DNA from: Rhodanobacteraceae bacterium
GTDB lineage: Bacteria > Pseudomonadota > Gammaproteobacteria > Xanthomonadales > Rhodanobacteraceae
Length of the DNA stretch: 57,961 nt
Assembly (NCBI GenBank): GCA_035700365.1
Contig: DASSOQ010000005.1
Location: 1 to 57,961, forward strand
Direction: 5' to 3'
In this document: in pieces, positions 26,866 to 36,860 of the stretch
How the letters are laid out: each line of letters starts with the position of its first letter
Numbering within the stretch: position 1 is the first letter of the stretch
The notes under the pieces: model-generated
The model's database searches: none
What the model was told of the DNA's origin: nothing
What the model saw: the letters and a program-made list of their open reading frames with translations, nothing else
Position numbers and translations under genes: made by a program

Positions 26866-27861
26866 TCACAGATCCTGGTGATATTGCACGTACGGCACCC
26901 GCCCCTGGTCGGGCGTGGCATTGCCCGCCGGCCCGAACAACAGCGGCGACCGCCCGGACGTCCACACGTTCTGGGCGCCGAAATTCAGCTCGCCGCGCCA
27001 GGGCAACCGTACGCTGATCCCCAGATCGACGCCGCTCCAGCGCTGGTTCCTGTCGAGCGCGGCCCCGGGCAGGTTCGGTTCGAGAACGTGACCCACGATC
27101 GCACCGCGCACCGGGCCATGCTCGATTCCGAGGCTGAGCGTGGTCTGGTCGAGCGTGTCGTCCTCGGCAAGCCCGGAACCCGGCAGGAACCGGACGCGTC
27201 CGACGCTGGCGCCGAGATTCACGCTGGTATCGGGCGCAACATCCACCTGCCCGCGCGCGCTGATGCTGGTCGCCGTGCTGTTGCGGAACCACAGCGGCGC
27301 CGCGACATCGGCACCGCCTTCCGCCGGCAGCACCCGCGGCAGCGCCACACGGCGCGACAGCGCGGACGAAGTGCCGGCCTCGCTCTGCGACTGGCCGACC
27401 GACAGATCCAGTTTGACGCCATGGCCGGCGAACCCGGCACCGATTTCGCCGCGCTGCACGCCATCGCTCACGATGCCATTGAAACAGGTGGGATCGGACG
27501 GGGCGCCCGGGATGGGCTCCGCGCAACCCGACGTCACCGGCGACCAGCGGATCTCACGCACATCGGCGTGCGCGGTGAGGCCTGGCCTGGAGGTAAGGCG
27601 GACGCCCGCGGCAGCGGACCGGGTCTGGCCATCCACCGAGCCGGCCGAACCGGTGGGCACCGCCGTGCCCGCACGCCCTTGCGCGGTTACCGACAGCGTG
27701 GCGTTCTTGTCCTGCCAGACCGGCGCACTGTTCCTGTCTTTCGCGGCAGGGGCGGCCTGCACAGGCGGAATGACGGGCATCGGCGGCGTCTGCGCAGGCG
27801 CCCACCCCGGCAGGGCCAAGCCCAGGCCGGCGAGCACCGCAATGGCAAGTATCCGATGCAT
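26866..27861 (-). CDS. exported protein of unknown function, possibly an outer-membrane beta-barrel
   Basis: Signal peptide MHRILAIAVLAGLGLALPGWAPAQ. Gly/Ser/Thr-rich alternating pattern in the C-terminal two-thirds (GVDLGISVRLPWRGELNFGAQNVW). I recognise no family. Confidence 0.55.
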   Translation of the reverse strand: MHRILAIAVLAGLGLALPGWAPAQTPPMPVIPPVQAAPAAKDRNSAPVWQDKNATLSVTAQGRAGTAVPTGSAGSVDGQTRSAAAGVRLTSRPGLTAHADVREIRWSPVTSGCAEPIPGAPSDPTCFNGIVSDGVQRGEIGAGFAGHGVKLDLSVGQSQSEAGTSSALSRRVALPRVLPAEGGADVAAPLWFRNSTATSISARGQVDVAPDTSVNLGASVGRVRFLPGSGLAEDDTLDQTTLSLGIEHGPVRGAIVGHVLEPNLPGAALDRNQRWSGVDLGISVRLPWRGELNFGAQNVWTSGRSPLLFGPAGNATPDQGRVPYVQYHQDL

Positions 27862-28252
27862 GCCTGTATCCGAAGACCTAAACTCCCGTAGCCACCGCCG
27901 AGCCGACGCGACGAAGCTGGCTTTGGACCCTAGTGTACGCCACCTGATTACATTTTGCTAACAATTGCTGCACCGCCCGGTACGACATTTAGCGAGCGTT
28001 CCGGCGGATTGCCGACAAGGAAAACGGGCGCGGACCAATCCTCTTCATCGCACCCGTTCGCGCTGATCTGTGTCGGGAATCGCCTTTTGTCGCGGACGAA
28101 CGCGTCACGCTTTGCCCAGGCCATCAGCAAATCGCGCATGACGTCCGCCCGGGCGACGCATGGAGCTGCCTGCGACGGGTCTTCAGCAAGGCCAGCACGC
28201 ATTTTGCATGACGTCGCGGTTACACTCTGAACTGCGAGGGGTTGGACCATTC

Positions 28253-31138
28253 ATGGCAGGCGACGTTCACCATCTGGCCGTTTCCACGAGCCAGCCGTCC
28301 TCCGTAGCTGGCTTGCTGAAGGCCAGCGGCAGGCTGTGGGCGGCGACGGACATCGGCGGGATCGAAGCGGCCGCGGGCGCGCTGTTTGCCGAACTGGTTC
28401 CGGGAACCCGTGTGCAGCGGTGCACGGCGGAAGCCGCGATCGTACCGTCCGGCTCGCGCGTGCACATCCCGCTCCCCGGGCACGAATGGCTGGTGGTGGA
28501 TGCCGGATCCGACGAGCCGGGCAACCGCTCGCTGCTGTCGGCAGCGGCCGAGATGATCGGCGCGCGCATCACGGCGCTCGGCAGGCAGAACTCGCTGACC
28601 GAATCGGTCGAGCAACTCGGCCGCGCCGAGCGCCTGCAGCGCGCGCTGTACGCGATCGCCGACCAGGCCAGCGCGGCCAACGCCGACATCACCACGATGT
28701 TCCAGGCGTTGCACCAGATCGTCGGCACGCTGATGTACGCGCAGAACTTCTACATCGCGTTCTACGACGCCCGCACCGACAGCGTCCGCTTTCCCTACTA
28801 CGCCGATACGGTCGATGCCGACCCGCCGGAGCCGGCCACCGATTTCCCCATGACCGAGATCCTGCACGGTCCCACCTGGTACGTGATCCGCGACGGCAAG
28901 CCGCTGATGGGTTCGCTGCCTTCGATCGGGGCGCAGGTGCAGGGTCCGTTCCGCGGCATCGGCGCGGAATGCGTCGACTGGCTGGGCGTGCCATTGCTGC
29001 GGGGCAGCGACGTGGCCGGTTGTGTGGTGGTGCAGAGCTACGACGACGCCCACCACTACGACGAGCAGGACAAGGCGCTGCTGATCTACGTGGCCCAGCA
29101 CATCCAGACTGCGCTGGAGCGCCGCATGGCGCACGCCGAACTGGAACATCGCGTCGGGGAACGCACCGAGGCGCTGCGCGAGGCCAACCGCGTGCTGCAA
29201 CAGCAGGTGCTGGAGCGCCAGCGCGGGGAACGGCTGCAGGCGGCGTTGTTCCGGATCGCGGAGCTCGCCAGCACCACCGACAGCATCGACAATTTCTACG
29301 CGGCGGTCCACCGGGTGGTCGGCGGACTGCTGTATGCACGCAATTTCTACATCGCGCTGCTTTCCGAGGACGGCGCCGAGTTGACCTTCCCGTACTCGGT
29401 CGACGAGCGCGACCGCACGATCCAGGCACGCAAGCTCGCCAACGGCCTGACCGAATACGTGTTGCGGCACGGCACGGCGTTGCTCGCCAACGCGCCCGAA
29501 ATCGCCGCGCTGCGCGCCAGCGGTGACGTGACGCAGCAGGGACCGGATTCGGTGTGCTGGCTCGGCGTGCCCCTGGTGTGCGCCGACCACACGGTGGGCG
29601 CCCTGGCGGTGCAGAGCTACTCGCCGGACCACCGCTACACCTTGCGCGACCAGGAACTGCTGACCTTCGTGTCCTACCACATCGCCAACGCGCTGGAACG
29701 GGTGCGGGCGACCGAATCCCTGCGGCACGCCTACGCCAACCTCGAACAGCGCGTCGGCGAACGCACCCGCGCGCTGGCACTCGCCAACCGCGACCTGCGC
29801 GCGCAGATCGCCGAGCGCGAACGCATCGAAGCACGCCTGAAGTACGAGACGCTGCACGATTCGCTCACCGGCCTGCCCAACCGCAGCCTGCTGATGCAGC
29901 GGCTCGAACACGCGCTGGAGCGTTTCCACGCCGATCCGAGCAAGGCCTTCGCGGTGCTGTTCATGGACCTCGACCGCTTCAAGGTCATCAACGATTCGGT
30001 CGGGCACCTGATCGGCGACGACCTCCTGTTCCAGGCCGGCGGGCGCATCCGCGCCTGCGTCAAGTCGGAAGACGTCGTGGCGCGCCTCGGCGGCGACGAA
30101 TTCGGCGTGCTGCTGGAAGGCGTCTCCGACGCCAGCCAAGCGTGCCGCATCGCCAAGCGCATCATCGACGACTTGAACGCGCCGTTCCGGCTCGCGGCCA
30201 AGGAGCTTTTCACCTCCACCTCGATCGGCATCACGCTGGCGACCGCGCACTACCGGCACCCCGAGGAGTTGCTGCGCGATGCCGACTCGGCGATGTACCG
30301 CGCGAAAGCCGACGGCCGCCACCGCTACGCCGTCTTCGATGAAGGGCTGCGGCGGCAGGCGGTGTCACTGATGGAAGTCGAAAACGACCTGCGCCGCAGC
30401 CTGACGCGCGGCGAGTTCGTGCCTTACTACCAGCCGATCGTGGATCTGGCCGACGGCTCGGTGCTCGGCTACGAAGCCCTGATGCGCTGGCGCCACCCCG
30501 AGAACGGGCTGCTGCTGCCGGCCGAGTTCCTGGGGGTGGCGGAGGACACGGGTGCGTCCGAAACCATCGACTGGCAGATCTACGAGCAGGTTTGCCGCGA
30601 TGCCAATTCGCTGGCCACCGGCGAAGGCGTGTTCGTCAGCATCAACCTCTCGCCGCGGCATTTCCGAAATCCCGAACTCGACCGGAGGCTGCTCAGGCTG
30701 CTCGCCGACCACAATGTGCCGCCCGTGCGGGTCCGGGTCGAGGTCACCGAACGAGCGATGCTGGAGAATCCGCCCGAAGCCAAGCGGATCCTGCAGACCC
30801 TGCGCGGTGCGGGCATCGGCATCGCGCTGGACGATTTCGGCACGGGCTATTCCTCGCTGTCGTACCTGCACCAGTATCCGGTGCAGGCGATCAAGATCGA
30901 CCGTTCCTTCATCACCGGGCTCGATGCCGGCAGCGAAGGCGGCGCCGCGGTGATCCGCACCATCCTCGCGATGGCCAGCCTGCTGTCGATGCAGGTGATC
31001 GCCGAAGGCGTGGAAACGGCGGCGCAGCGCGACCTGCTGATCAAGATGGGCTGCCGCGTCGCGCAGGGCTTCCTGTACGCGTCGGCGCAGCCGCTGGAGG
31101 CCTGGGTCAGCGACACCGTGCCCGAAGCCCCGGCATGA
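28253..31138 (+). CDS. GAF-GAF-GGDEF-EAL c-di-GMP turnover protein
   Basis: Two GAF-like repeats (MYAQNFYIAFYD..., LYARNFYIALLSED...), each followed by a coiled coil. Then GGDEF (ARLGGDEFGVL) and EAL (GYEALMRW, DDFGTGYSSL) domains. Start is the ATG at 28253 or 28208. Confidence 0.9.
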   Translation: MAGDVHHLAVSTSQPSSVAGLLKASGRLWAATDIGGIEAAAGALFAELVPGTRVQRCTAEAAIVPSGSRVHIPLPGHEWLVVDAGSDEPGNRSLLSAAAEMIGARITALGRQNSLTESVEQLGRAERLQRALYAIADQASAANADITTMFQALHQIVGTLMYAQNFYIAFYDARTDSVRFPYYADTVDADPPEPATDFPMTEILHGPTWYVIRDGKPLMGSLPSIGAQVQGPFRGIGAECVDWLGVPLLRGSDVAGCVVVQSYDDAHHYDEQDKALLIYVAQHIQTALERRMAHAELEHRVGERTEALREANRVLQQQVLERQRGERLQAALFRIAELASTTDSIDNFYAAVHRVVGGLLYARNFYIALLSEDGAELTFPYSVDERDRTIQARKLANGLTEYVLRHGTALLANAPEIAALRASGDVTQQGPDSVCWLGVPLVCADHTVGALAVQSYSPDHRYTLRDQELLTFVSYHIANALERVRATESLRHAYANLEQRVGERTRALALANRDLRAQIAERERIEARLKYETLHDSLTGLPNRSLLMQRLEHALERFHADPSKAFAVLFMDLDRFKVINDSVGHLIGDDLLFQAGGRIRACVKSEDVVARLGGDEFGVLLEGVSDASQACRIAKRIIDDLNAPFRLAAKELFTSTSIGITLATAHYRHPEELLRDADSAMYRAKADGRHRYAVFDEGLRRQAVSLMEVENDLRRSLTRGEFVPYYQPIVDLADGSVLGYEALMRWRHPENGLLLPAEFLGVAEDTGASETIDWQIYEQVCRDANSLATGEGVFVSINLSPRHFRNPELDRRLLRLLADHNVPPVRVRVEVTERAMLENPPEAKRILQTLRGAGIGIALDDFGTGYSSLSYLHQYPVQAIKIDRSFITGLDAGSEGGAAVIRTILAMASLLSMQVIAEGVETAAQRDLLIKMGCRVAQGFLYASAQPLEAWVSDTVPEAPA

Positions 31139-31923
31139 GCCGGGCGGCAGGGATCCGCGCCGCCGGGCGGCGCTCGTTCGCGCGCCGCTGGCTGAGACGA
31201 TTGCTGTGGCTTTTCGTTGCGCTCGTCGCGATCACCTGGCTGATGGTGCTGGTGCTGCGTTTCGTGCCGCCACCGGCCAGCGCCTACATGCTCGAGCGCA
31301 AGGTGAGCGAATCGTGGCACGGCAACCACGATTTCACGATCCGCTACGACTGGGTGCCGTTCGAGCGCATGGCGCCCGTGGCGCCGCTCGCGATGGTCGC
31401 GGGCGAGGACCAGACGTTCCCCTTCAACCACGGGTTCGACATCGCCTCGATCCGTTCCGCGATCGACGTCGCGCAATCCGGGGGGCGGTTGCGCGGCGCC
31501 AGCACCATCACCCAGCAGACCGCGCGCAACCTGTTCCTGTGGTCCGGCGGCGGCTTCTTCCGCAAGGGCCTCGAAGCCTGGTTCACGGTGTTGATCGACA
31601 TCACCTGGCCCAAGCGCCGGGTGCTCGAGGTGTACGCGAACATTGCCGAGTTGGGCAACGGCATCTACGGCGTCGAGGCTGCCGCGCAGGCGTATTTCCA
31701 TGAACCCGCGTCCCGGCTGACCCGGCACCAGGCCGCGCTGCTGGCAGCGGTCCTGCCGGATCCGCGCGGTTGGCACGTTGCGCGTCCGTCGGCCTACGTG
31801 CAGCGGCGCGCGGCGTGGATCGAGCAGCAGATGCGGCAGTTGGGCGGCGTGTCCTACGTGCTCGACAAGCACCCGCCCAGGCCGAGGGTGGACAATCCGG
31901 AGGAGCGGTTCCGCAAGCGCTAG
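31135..31923 (+). CDS. mtgA: monofunctional biosynthetic peptidoglycan transglycosylase
   Basis: N-terminal TM segment, then AGEDQTFPFNHGFD, GASTITQQTARNLFL and RVLEVYANIAELGNGIYG motifs. The ATG overlaps the upstream stop (ATGA at 31135-31138). Confidence 0.92.
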   Translation: MSRAAGIRAAGRRSFARRWLRRLLWLFVALVAITWLMVLVLRFVPPPASAYMLERKVSESWHGNHDFTIRYDWVPFERMAPVAPLAMVAGEDQTFPFNHGFDIASIRSAIDVAQSGGRLRGASTITQQTARNLFLWSGGGFFRKGLEAWFTVLIDITWPKRRVLEVYANIAELGNGIYGVEAAAQAYFHEPASRLTRHQAALLAAVLPDPRGWHVARPSAYVQRRAAWIEQQMRQLGGVSYVLDKHPPRPRVDNPEERFRKR

Positions 31924-31963
31924 ACTGGATGCGGCATATCGCCTGCCACCCGAGGAGATTCCC

Positions 31964-32392
31964 ATGCGACAGGTCAAACATCTGCTGGACGGCAAGGGCA
32001 ATGCGGTCTACACGATCACGCCGGAGGCGCCGGTGCTCGACGCCATCCGCCTGATGGCCGAGCGCAGTGTCGGTGCGCTGCCGGTGATGCGCGGCGGGGC
32101 GCTGGCAGGCATCGTCAGCGAGCGCGATTACGCACGCAAGGTGATCCTGAAGGGCCACTCGTCGCGGGAAACGCCGGTGTCGGACATCATGACCCCGGCG
32201 CCGACCAGCGTGGCACCGGCGACCACCGTGGATGAATGCATGCGCCTGTGCACCGAACTCCGCGTCCGCCACCTGCCGGTCCTGGAGAACAACAGGCTGG
32301 TGGGCATCGTGTCGATCGGCGACCTCGTCAAGGCGGTAATCGACGACCAGGCCGCCGAGATCGACCACCTGCAGCGCTATATCGCGGGGTGA
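31964..32392 (+). CDS. CBS-pair domain protein
   Basis: 142 aa with two CBS repeats (VGALPVM...GIVSERD and VRHLPVLENNRLVGIVSIGD). GAGGAG RBS. Confidence 0.85.
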   Translation: MRQVKHLLDGKGNAVYTITPEAPVLDAIRLMAERSVGALPVMRGGALAGIVSERDYARKVILKGHSSRETPVSDIMTPAPTSVAPATTVDECMRLCTELRVRHLPVLENNRLVGIVSIGDLVKAVIDDQAAEIDHLQRYIAG

Positions 32393-32401
32393 CGAAGCTC
32401 A

Positions 32402-32460
32402 CCCCCTTCCGGAAGGAAGGGGGTCGCGCCGGAGGCGCGGGGAGATGTAAGCCCAATCCC
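32402..32460. repeat. three-hairpin intergenic repeat, truncated copy C
   Basis: CCCCCTTCC-GGAA-GGAAGGGGG (32402-32423), then CGCGCC-GGA-GGCGCG (32425-32439), then ...CAATCCC. The third hairpin is missing. Lies between the convergent CBS and cytochrome c5 genes. Confidence 0.45.
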
Positions 32461-32464
32461 GCCG

Positions 32465-32998
32465 TCACTGGACCTGCGAAACCATCCACTTGACCGTGGC
32501 TTCGACCTGTTCGTCGGTGAGCGCCGGGTTGCCGCCCTTGGCGGGCATGTGGTTGCCGTCCGGGCCGGTATAGCCGTCGATCGCGTGCTTGACCAGGGTG
32601 TCGACGCCTTGCTTGAGGCGCGGCGCCCACGCGGCCTTGTCGGTGATCTTGGGCGCACCGGCGGCACCCGTAGTGTGGCAGGTCGTGCAAAGCTTGTCGA
32701 AGATGGTCTTGCCGTCGGTGGTGCCGCCGTAGGCGACCTGCGAGGCCGCGGCCTGGGCGGCGCTGGCCTTGGCGGCTTCCATCGCCGCGCGACCGGTATT
32801 GCCCGCGTACACGGCGCCGACCGGCGTGATCCGGTCGCCGGCCTGCTTCACCTGCGCCTCCCGGCCTTCCTTGGGCAGCGTCGACCACACCAGCGCGCCG
32901 ATGATGATCAGGATGACCGCCGTGCCTCCCAGCATCGCGATCATGATCGCGAAATGTTTCATGAAGGTACGGTCGGACGGGGTGAGGTGCGTGCTCAC
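32465..32998 (-). CDS. membrane-anchored cytochrome c5
   Basis: N-terminal anchor (FAIMIAMLGGTAVILIIIGALVW), an Ala-rich linker, then the haem domain GKTIFDKLCTTCHTTG...HMPAKGG. The GTG at 32998 has GGAG 7 nt upstream. The ATG at 32962 is an alternative. Confidence 0.85.
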   Translation of the reverse strand: MSTHLTPSDRTFMKHFAIMIAMLGGTAVILIIIGALVWSTLPKEGREAQVKQAGDRITPVGAVYAGNTGRAAMEAAKASAAQAAASQVAYGGTTDGKTIFDKLCTTCHTTGAAGAPKITDKAAWAPRLKQGVDTLVKHAIDGYTGPDGNHMPAKGGNPALTDEQVEATVKWMVSQVQ

Positions 32999-33177
32999 TG
33001 GCAGACTCCGGTAAATGGCCCGACGGCATCCCCGGGCCCCCGTGGATGCCGCATATCCGCAAAAGTATAGCCGCCCTGCGGCGCGGCCACCAAATGTCCC
33101 CCGACCATTGACCTGGCGTGCACGCCGCGGCGGGTACAACTCCGTCATTTCCGCGCGCGGTTGGCCGCTGGTCGAGC

Positions 33178-34740
33178 ATGCCCGAACACTACGACATCAT
33201 CGTGATCGGTTCCGGTCCCGGCGGCGCGAGCCTCGCGCACCGGCTGGCACCCTCCGGCCTGAAGATCCTGGTCCTCGAGCGCGGCGACTGGCTCAAGCGC
33301 GCCGCCGCCAACTGGGATCCGCGCGAGGTGTTCATCAACAACATCTACCAGGCCGATGAAACCTGGTACGACAAGTCCGGGGCGGCGTTCCATCCCGGCC
33401 TGCACTATTTCGTCGGTGGCAATTCGAAAATGTACGGCGCCGCGTTGTTCCGGTTGCGCGAGCGCGATTTCGAAGAACTCCGGCACGCCGATGGCCTGTC
33501 ACCGGAATGGCCATTGAAGTACGACGTGTTCGAGCCGTACTACGACGAAGCCGAAAGGCTGTTCCACGTGCACGGCGCGGCCGGCGAGGATCCGACCGAG
33601 CCGCCGCGCAGCAGGCCCTATGCATGGCCGCCGGTGTCGCACGAGCCGCGGATGCAGGAGCTGTCCGACACCTTGAGCCGGCACCGCCTGCACCCGTTCC
33701 ACATGCCGCTCGGCATCCTGCTGGACGAGCAGGACGGCCGGGTGTTGCGCCGAAGCCCCTGCATCCGCTGCGGCGCGTTCGACGGGTATCCATGCCTGAC
33801 CAATGGCAAGGCCGACGCCGAGGTGATCTGCATCGATCCGATGCTCGACGCCCACCCCAACGTGACGCTGCTGACCGGCGCGTACGCTTCCAGGCTCGAC
33901 ACCGATGCCGACGGGCGCAGGGTCGACGCGGTGCGGGTCGAGCGCCACGGCGCGAAGGAAACCTACTCGGCGGACATCGTGGTCGTCGCCTGCGGCGCGC
34001 TGTCGTCGGCGTTGCTGCTGCTCCGTTCGGCCAACGACAAGCATCCCGGGGGATTGGCGAACGGTTCCGACCAGCTCGGCCGCAACTACATCCGGCACAA
34101 CCAGTCGGTGTTGATGGCGATCACCCGCCAACCCAACGACACGGTGTTCCAGAAGACCCTGGGGGTGAGCGACTTCTACTTCGGGGCGGACGATTTCGAA
34201 TACCCGCTCGGCTTGATCCAGATGACCGGCAAGTCGCACCCGGACACGATCCGCGGCGAAGCGCTGCCTGCATGGCTGGAATGGCTTCCGGAAAAGCCGT
34301 TCGAATACCTCGCGCGGCATTCGCTGGATTTCTGGCTGTCGAGCGAAGACCTGCCGCGGCCGGAAAACCGGATTCGTTACGAGCGCGGCCGCGTGGTGGT
34401 CGAGCAGACCAGCAACAACCTGCAGGGACACCGGCGGCTGCGGGCGAAACTCGAGAGCCTGCTGGGGCCCATGGATGCGCACCCATTCATGCTCGAGCGC
34501 AACTACTACCTCGGCAAGGACATCCCGATCGGCGGCACCGCGCACCAGGCTGGCACCGCCCGCTTCGGTGAAAACCCGGCGACATCCGTGCTCGATCTCG
34601 ACTGCAAGGCACACGAACTCGACAACCTCTACCTCGCCGATGCCAGCTTCTTTCCCTCGATCGGCGCGGTGAACCCCACGCTCACCATCATCGCGAACGC
34701 GCTGCGGGTCGCCGACCGGATCGCGGAGCGGATGAAATGA
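33178..34740 (+). CDS. GMC-family FAD oxidoreductase
   Basis: YDIIVIGSGPGGASLAHRL Rossmann N-terminus and a C-terminal GTARFG...LYLADASFFPS motif typical of GMC enzymes. Confidence 0.88.
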   Translation: MPEHYDIIVIGSGPGGASLAHRLAPSGLKILVLERGDWLKRAAANWDPREVFINNIYQADETWYDKSGAAFHPGLHYFVGGNSKMYGAALFRLRERDFEELRHADGLSPEWPLKYDVFEPYYDEAERLFHVHGAAGEDPTEPPRSRPYAWPPVSHEPRMQELSDTLSRHRLHPFHMPLGILLDEQDGRVLRRSPCIRCGAFDGYPCLTNGKADAEVICIDPMLDAHPNVTLLTGAYASRLDTDADGRRVDAVRVERHGAKETYSADIVVVACGALSSALLLLRSANDKHPGGLANGSDQLGRNYIRHNQSVLMAITRQPNDTVFQKTLGVSDFYFGADDFEYPLGLIQMTGKSHPDTIRGEALPAWLEWLPEKPFEYLARHSLDFWLSSEDLPRPENRIRYERGRVVVEQTSNNLQGHRRLRAKLESLLGPMDAHPFMLERNYYLGKDIPIGGTAHQAGTARFGENPATSVLDLDCKAHELDNLYLADASFFPSIGAVNPTLTIIANALRVADRIAERMK

Positions 34741-34841
34741 TGAAAACGAAAGCCAGGGGCGGAGTGTCCTTCGATGGAAGCGGTCGCGCACGTTTCGTGT
34801 CGCGACCCGGAAGTGCACGCTGACCCCTGCAGGAGCGCCCC

Positions 34842-35354
34842 ATGTGGCTGGACCTCTACTTCATTCCGATCCTGATCCGCGTTTGCCTGGTGGCGCTGTT
34901 CCCGTTCAGCGCACTGGACAAGATCGTGTTCTGGAACGACGCCATCGCGCAGGCGGACTCCTCGTTCCTGCCGAAGTCCAGCGCGCCGCCACTGCTGCTG
35001 ACGGCGATCGTGGTGGAGGCCGCCGCGCCGTTCTGCATCGTCGTCGGCTGGCACGACCGGATCGCGGCGCTGGTGCTCGCGCTGTTTTGCGTCGTCACCG
35101 CGATCCTCTACCACCCGTTCTGGAAGTTCAGCGATTTCTGGAAGCCGGGCGACAGCGTGGGCCGCAGCCACTTCTGGGATTTCCTCAAGAATTTCGGACT
35201 GGTCGGGGGCCTGCTGCTGGTGGTGTTCGCCACACAGCTCGCGCCTGCGGGCGTGGTCGCGCACCGGCCGCTTTCCTCGACCGCGGTGTACACGCCGGCG
35301 GGAACCGCGCCGGCGTCCGCGGTACCGGGCCCCGCGCATGACATGCAAAGGTAG
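34842..35354 (+). CDS. DoxX-family membrane protein
   Basis: Four hydrophobic helices, LFPFSALDKI and FLKNFGLVGGLLLV. AGGAG RBS. Confidence 0.8.
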   Translation: MWLDLYFIPILIRVCLVALFPFSALDKIVFWNDAIAQADSSFLPKSSAPPLLLTAIVVEAAAPFCIVVGWHDRIAALVLALFCVVTAILYHPFWKFSDFWKPGDSVGRSHFWDFLKNFGLVGGLLLVVFATQLAPAGVVAHRPLSSTAVYTPAGTAPASAVPGPAHDMQR

Positions 35355-35416
35355 GGAGGACATGGCCCGCCTCCAAAACCGGCGGACGATGCCTCCCGAT
35401 TCAATTGGAGAAATGC

Positions 35417-35845
35417 ATGGCACACAGCACCAGCGGACCGCCCACTCTGGCGTACTGGCACGTGTGGGTGGATGACGACGGTGTCAGCAGGCAGGAGCGA
35501 CGCCCACTCGAGGGTTTCGAGCAGCAGAGCATGGGCGGCGCGGCGCCGCAATGGAACGCGGTGCAGCCCGCCGCGCCCCGCAAGGCGATCTTCACGGTGC
35601 TGCCGGTCGGCTGGACCGGCGAATGGCATGAGAATCCGGCGCCGCAGTGGATCATTCCAATGAGCGGTCGCTGGTTCGTCGAAACGATGGACGGCCATCG
35701 CGTCGAGATGGGCGCGGGCGAACTCTCCTTCGGCGGCGACCAGGGCTGCACCGCCGATCCCGAAGGCCACAAGGGGCACCGCTCCGGTACCGTCGGCGAT
35801 GAACCGGCGGTGCTGATGCTGGTGCAAGTGGAAAAGCCCGCATGA
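35417..35845 (+). CDS. small cupin-like protein
   Basis: GWTGEWHENPAPQWIIPMSGRWFVETMDG...ELSFGGDQG resembles a single cupin barrel. The ATG at 35417 has GGAG 6 nt upstream. Confidence 0.6.
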   Translation: MAHSTSGPPTLAYWHVWVDDDGVSRQERRPLEGFEQQSMGGAAPQWNAVQPAAPRKAIFTVLPVGWTGEWHENPAPQWIIPMSGRWFVETMDGHRVEMGAGELSFGGDQGCTADPEGHKGHRSGTVGDEPAVLMLVQVEKPA

Positions 35846-35954
35846 GCCCCCGTCCGGAAAACGGTGTCGGGGACAATTTTGCGCCAAGCGGGTCCCCCAT
35901 CCCGCCCTTCCAATACACGAAATGGTCCCTGACACCATTTTGCAGGGATGACGA

Positions 35955-36860
35955 ATGAGCGATTACGACATCCTCGACCCGCGTTTCCGGGAAATGGTGC
36001 TGCCCAACGCCCCGCTGGAAAAGCTGGCCGACGGCTTTCGCTGGCTGGAAGGGCCGGTGTGGTTCGCGGACATGCAGTGCCTGTTGTTCAGCGACATTCC
36101 GAACGACCGCGTCATGCGCTGGACGGCAAGCGGCGGCGTATCGGTATTCCGCGAGCCTTCGGGATTCGCCAACGGGCACACCCGCGACCGCGAGGGACGC
36201 CTGGTCGGTTGCCTGCACGGTGGCCGGGCGGTGGTGCGCACCGAACTCGACGGCACCGTCACCACGCTGGCCGACCGCTACCGGGGCAGGCGCCTCAACT
36301 CGCCCAACGACGTGGTGGTGAAGTCCGACGGCAGCATCTGGTTTTCCGATCCGCCCTACGGCATCCAGACCGACTACGAAGGCGGACGGCGCGAATCCGA
36401 GCTGCCGGCCAACCTCTACCGTCTCGATCCGGCAAGCGGTTCGCTCGATGTCGTGTGCGGCCACATCGCGGGACCGAACGGATTGTGTTTCTCGCCCGAT
36501 GAAACGCGCTTGTACGTCACCGACACCGGTATCCAGTTCGATCCTGATTCCCCGCGCCGCATCCTGGTGTTCGATGTCACCGGAGACGGAAAGACGCTCG
36601 CCGACGGCCGCGAATTCCACGTGGCCGCGCCGGGGCATGCCGACGGCATACGCTGCGACGAGGACGCCAATGTGTGGGCGGCCGTCGGCGACGGCGTGCA
36701 TTGCATCGCATCCGACGGCACCCTGCTCGGCAGGATCAGCGTACCGTCGACGGTGTCGAACTTCTGCTTCGGCGACCGCCACTGCAGCCGCCTGTTCCTG
36801 TGCGCGTCGCAGGCGCTGTACGCGATCTGGATCAACCGGCGCGGCGCCCAGCGGCCGTGA
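35955..36860 (+). CDS. SMP-30/gluconolactonase/LRE-family lactonase
   Basis: WLEGPVW, RLNSPNDVVVKSDGSIWFSDP, PNGLCFSPDE and LYVTDTG motifs. Confidence 0.85.
   Translation: MSDYDILDPRFREMVLPNAPLEKLADGFRWLEGPVWFADMQCLLFSDIPNDRVMRWTASGGVSVFREPSGFANGHTRDREGRLVGCLHGGRAVVRTELDGTVTTLADRYRGRRLNSPNDVVVKSDGSIWFSDPPYGIQTDYEGGRRESELPANLYRLDPASGSLDVVCGHIAGPNGLCFSPDETRLYVTDTGIQFDPDSPRRILVFDVTGDGKTLADGREFHVAAPGHADGIRCDEDANVWAAVGDGVHCIASDGTLLGRISVPSTVSNFCFGDRHCSRLFLCASQALYAIWINRRGAQRP

Noticed and set aside
27948-28250. 100-aa ORF (minus strand) in the divergent intergenic region before the GGDEF-EAL gene.
   Set aside because: No RBS and atypical composition, and it overlaps the likely promoter region of two divergent genes. 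There is no support for it.
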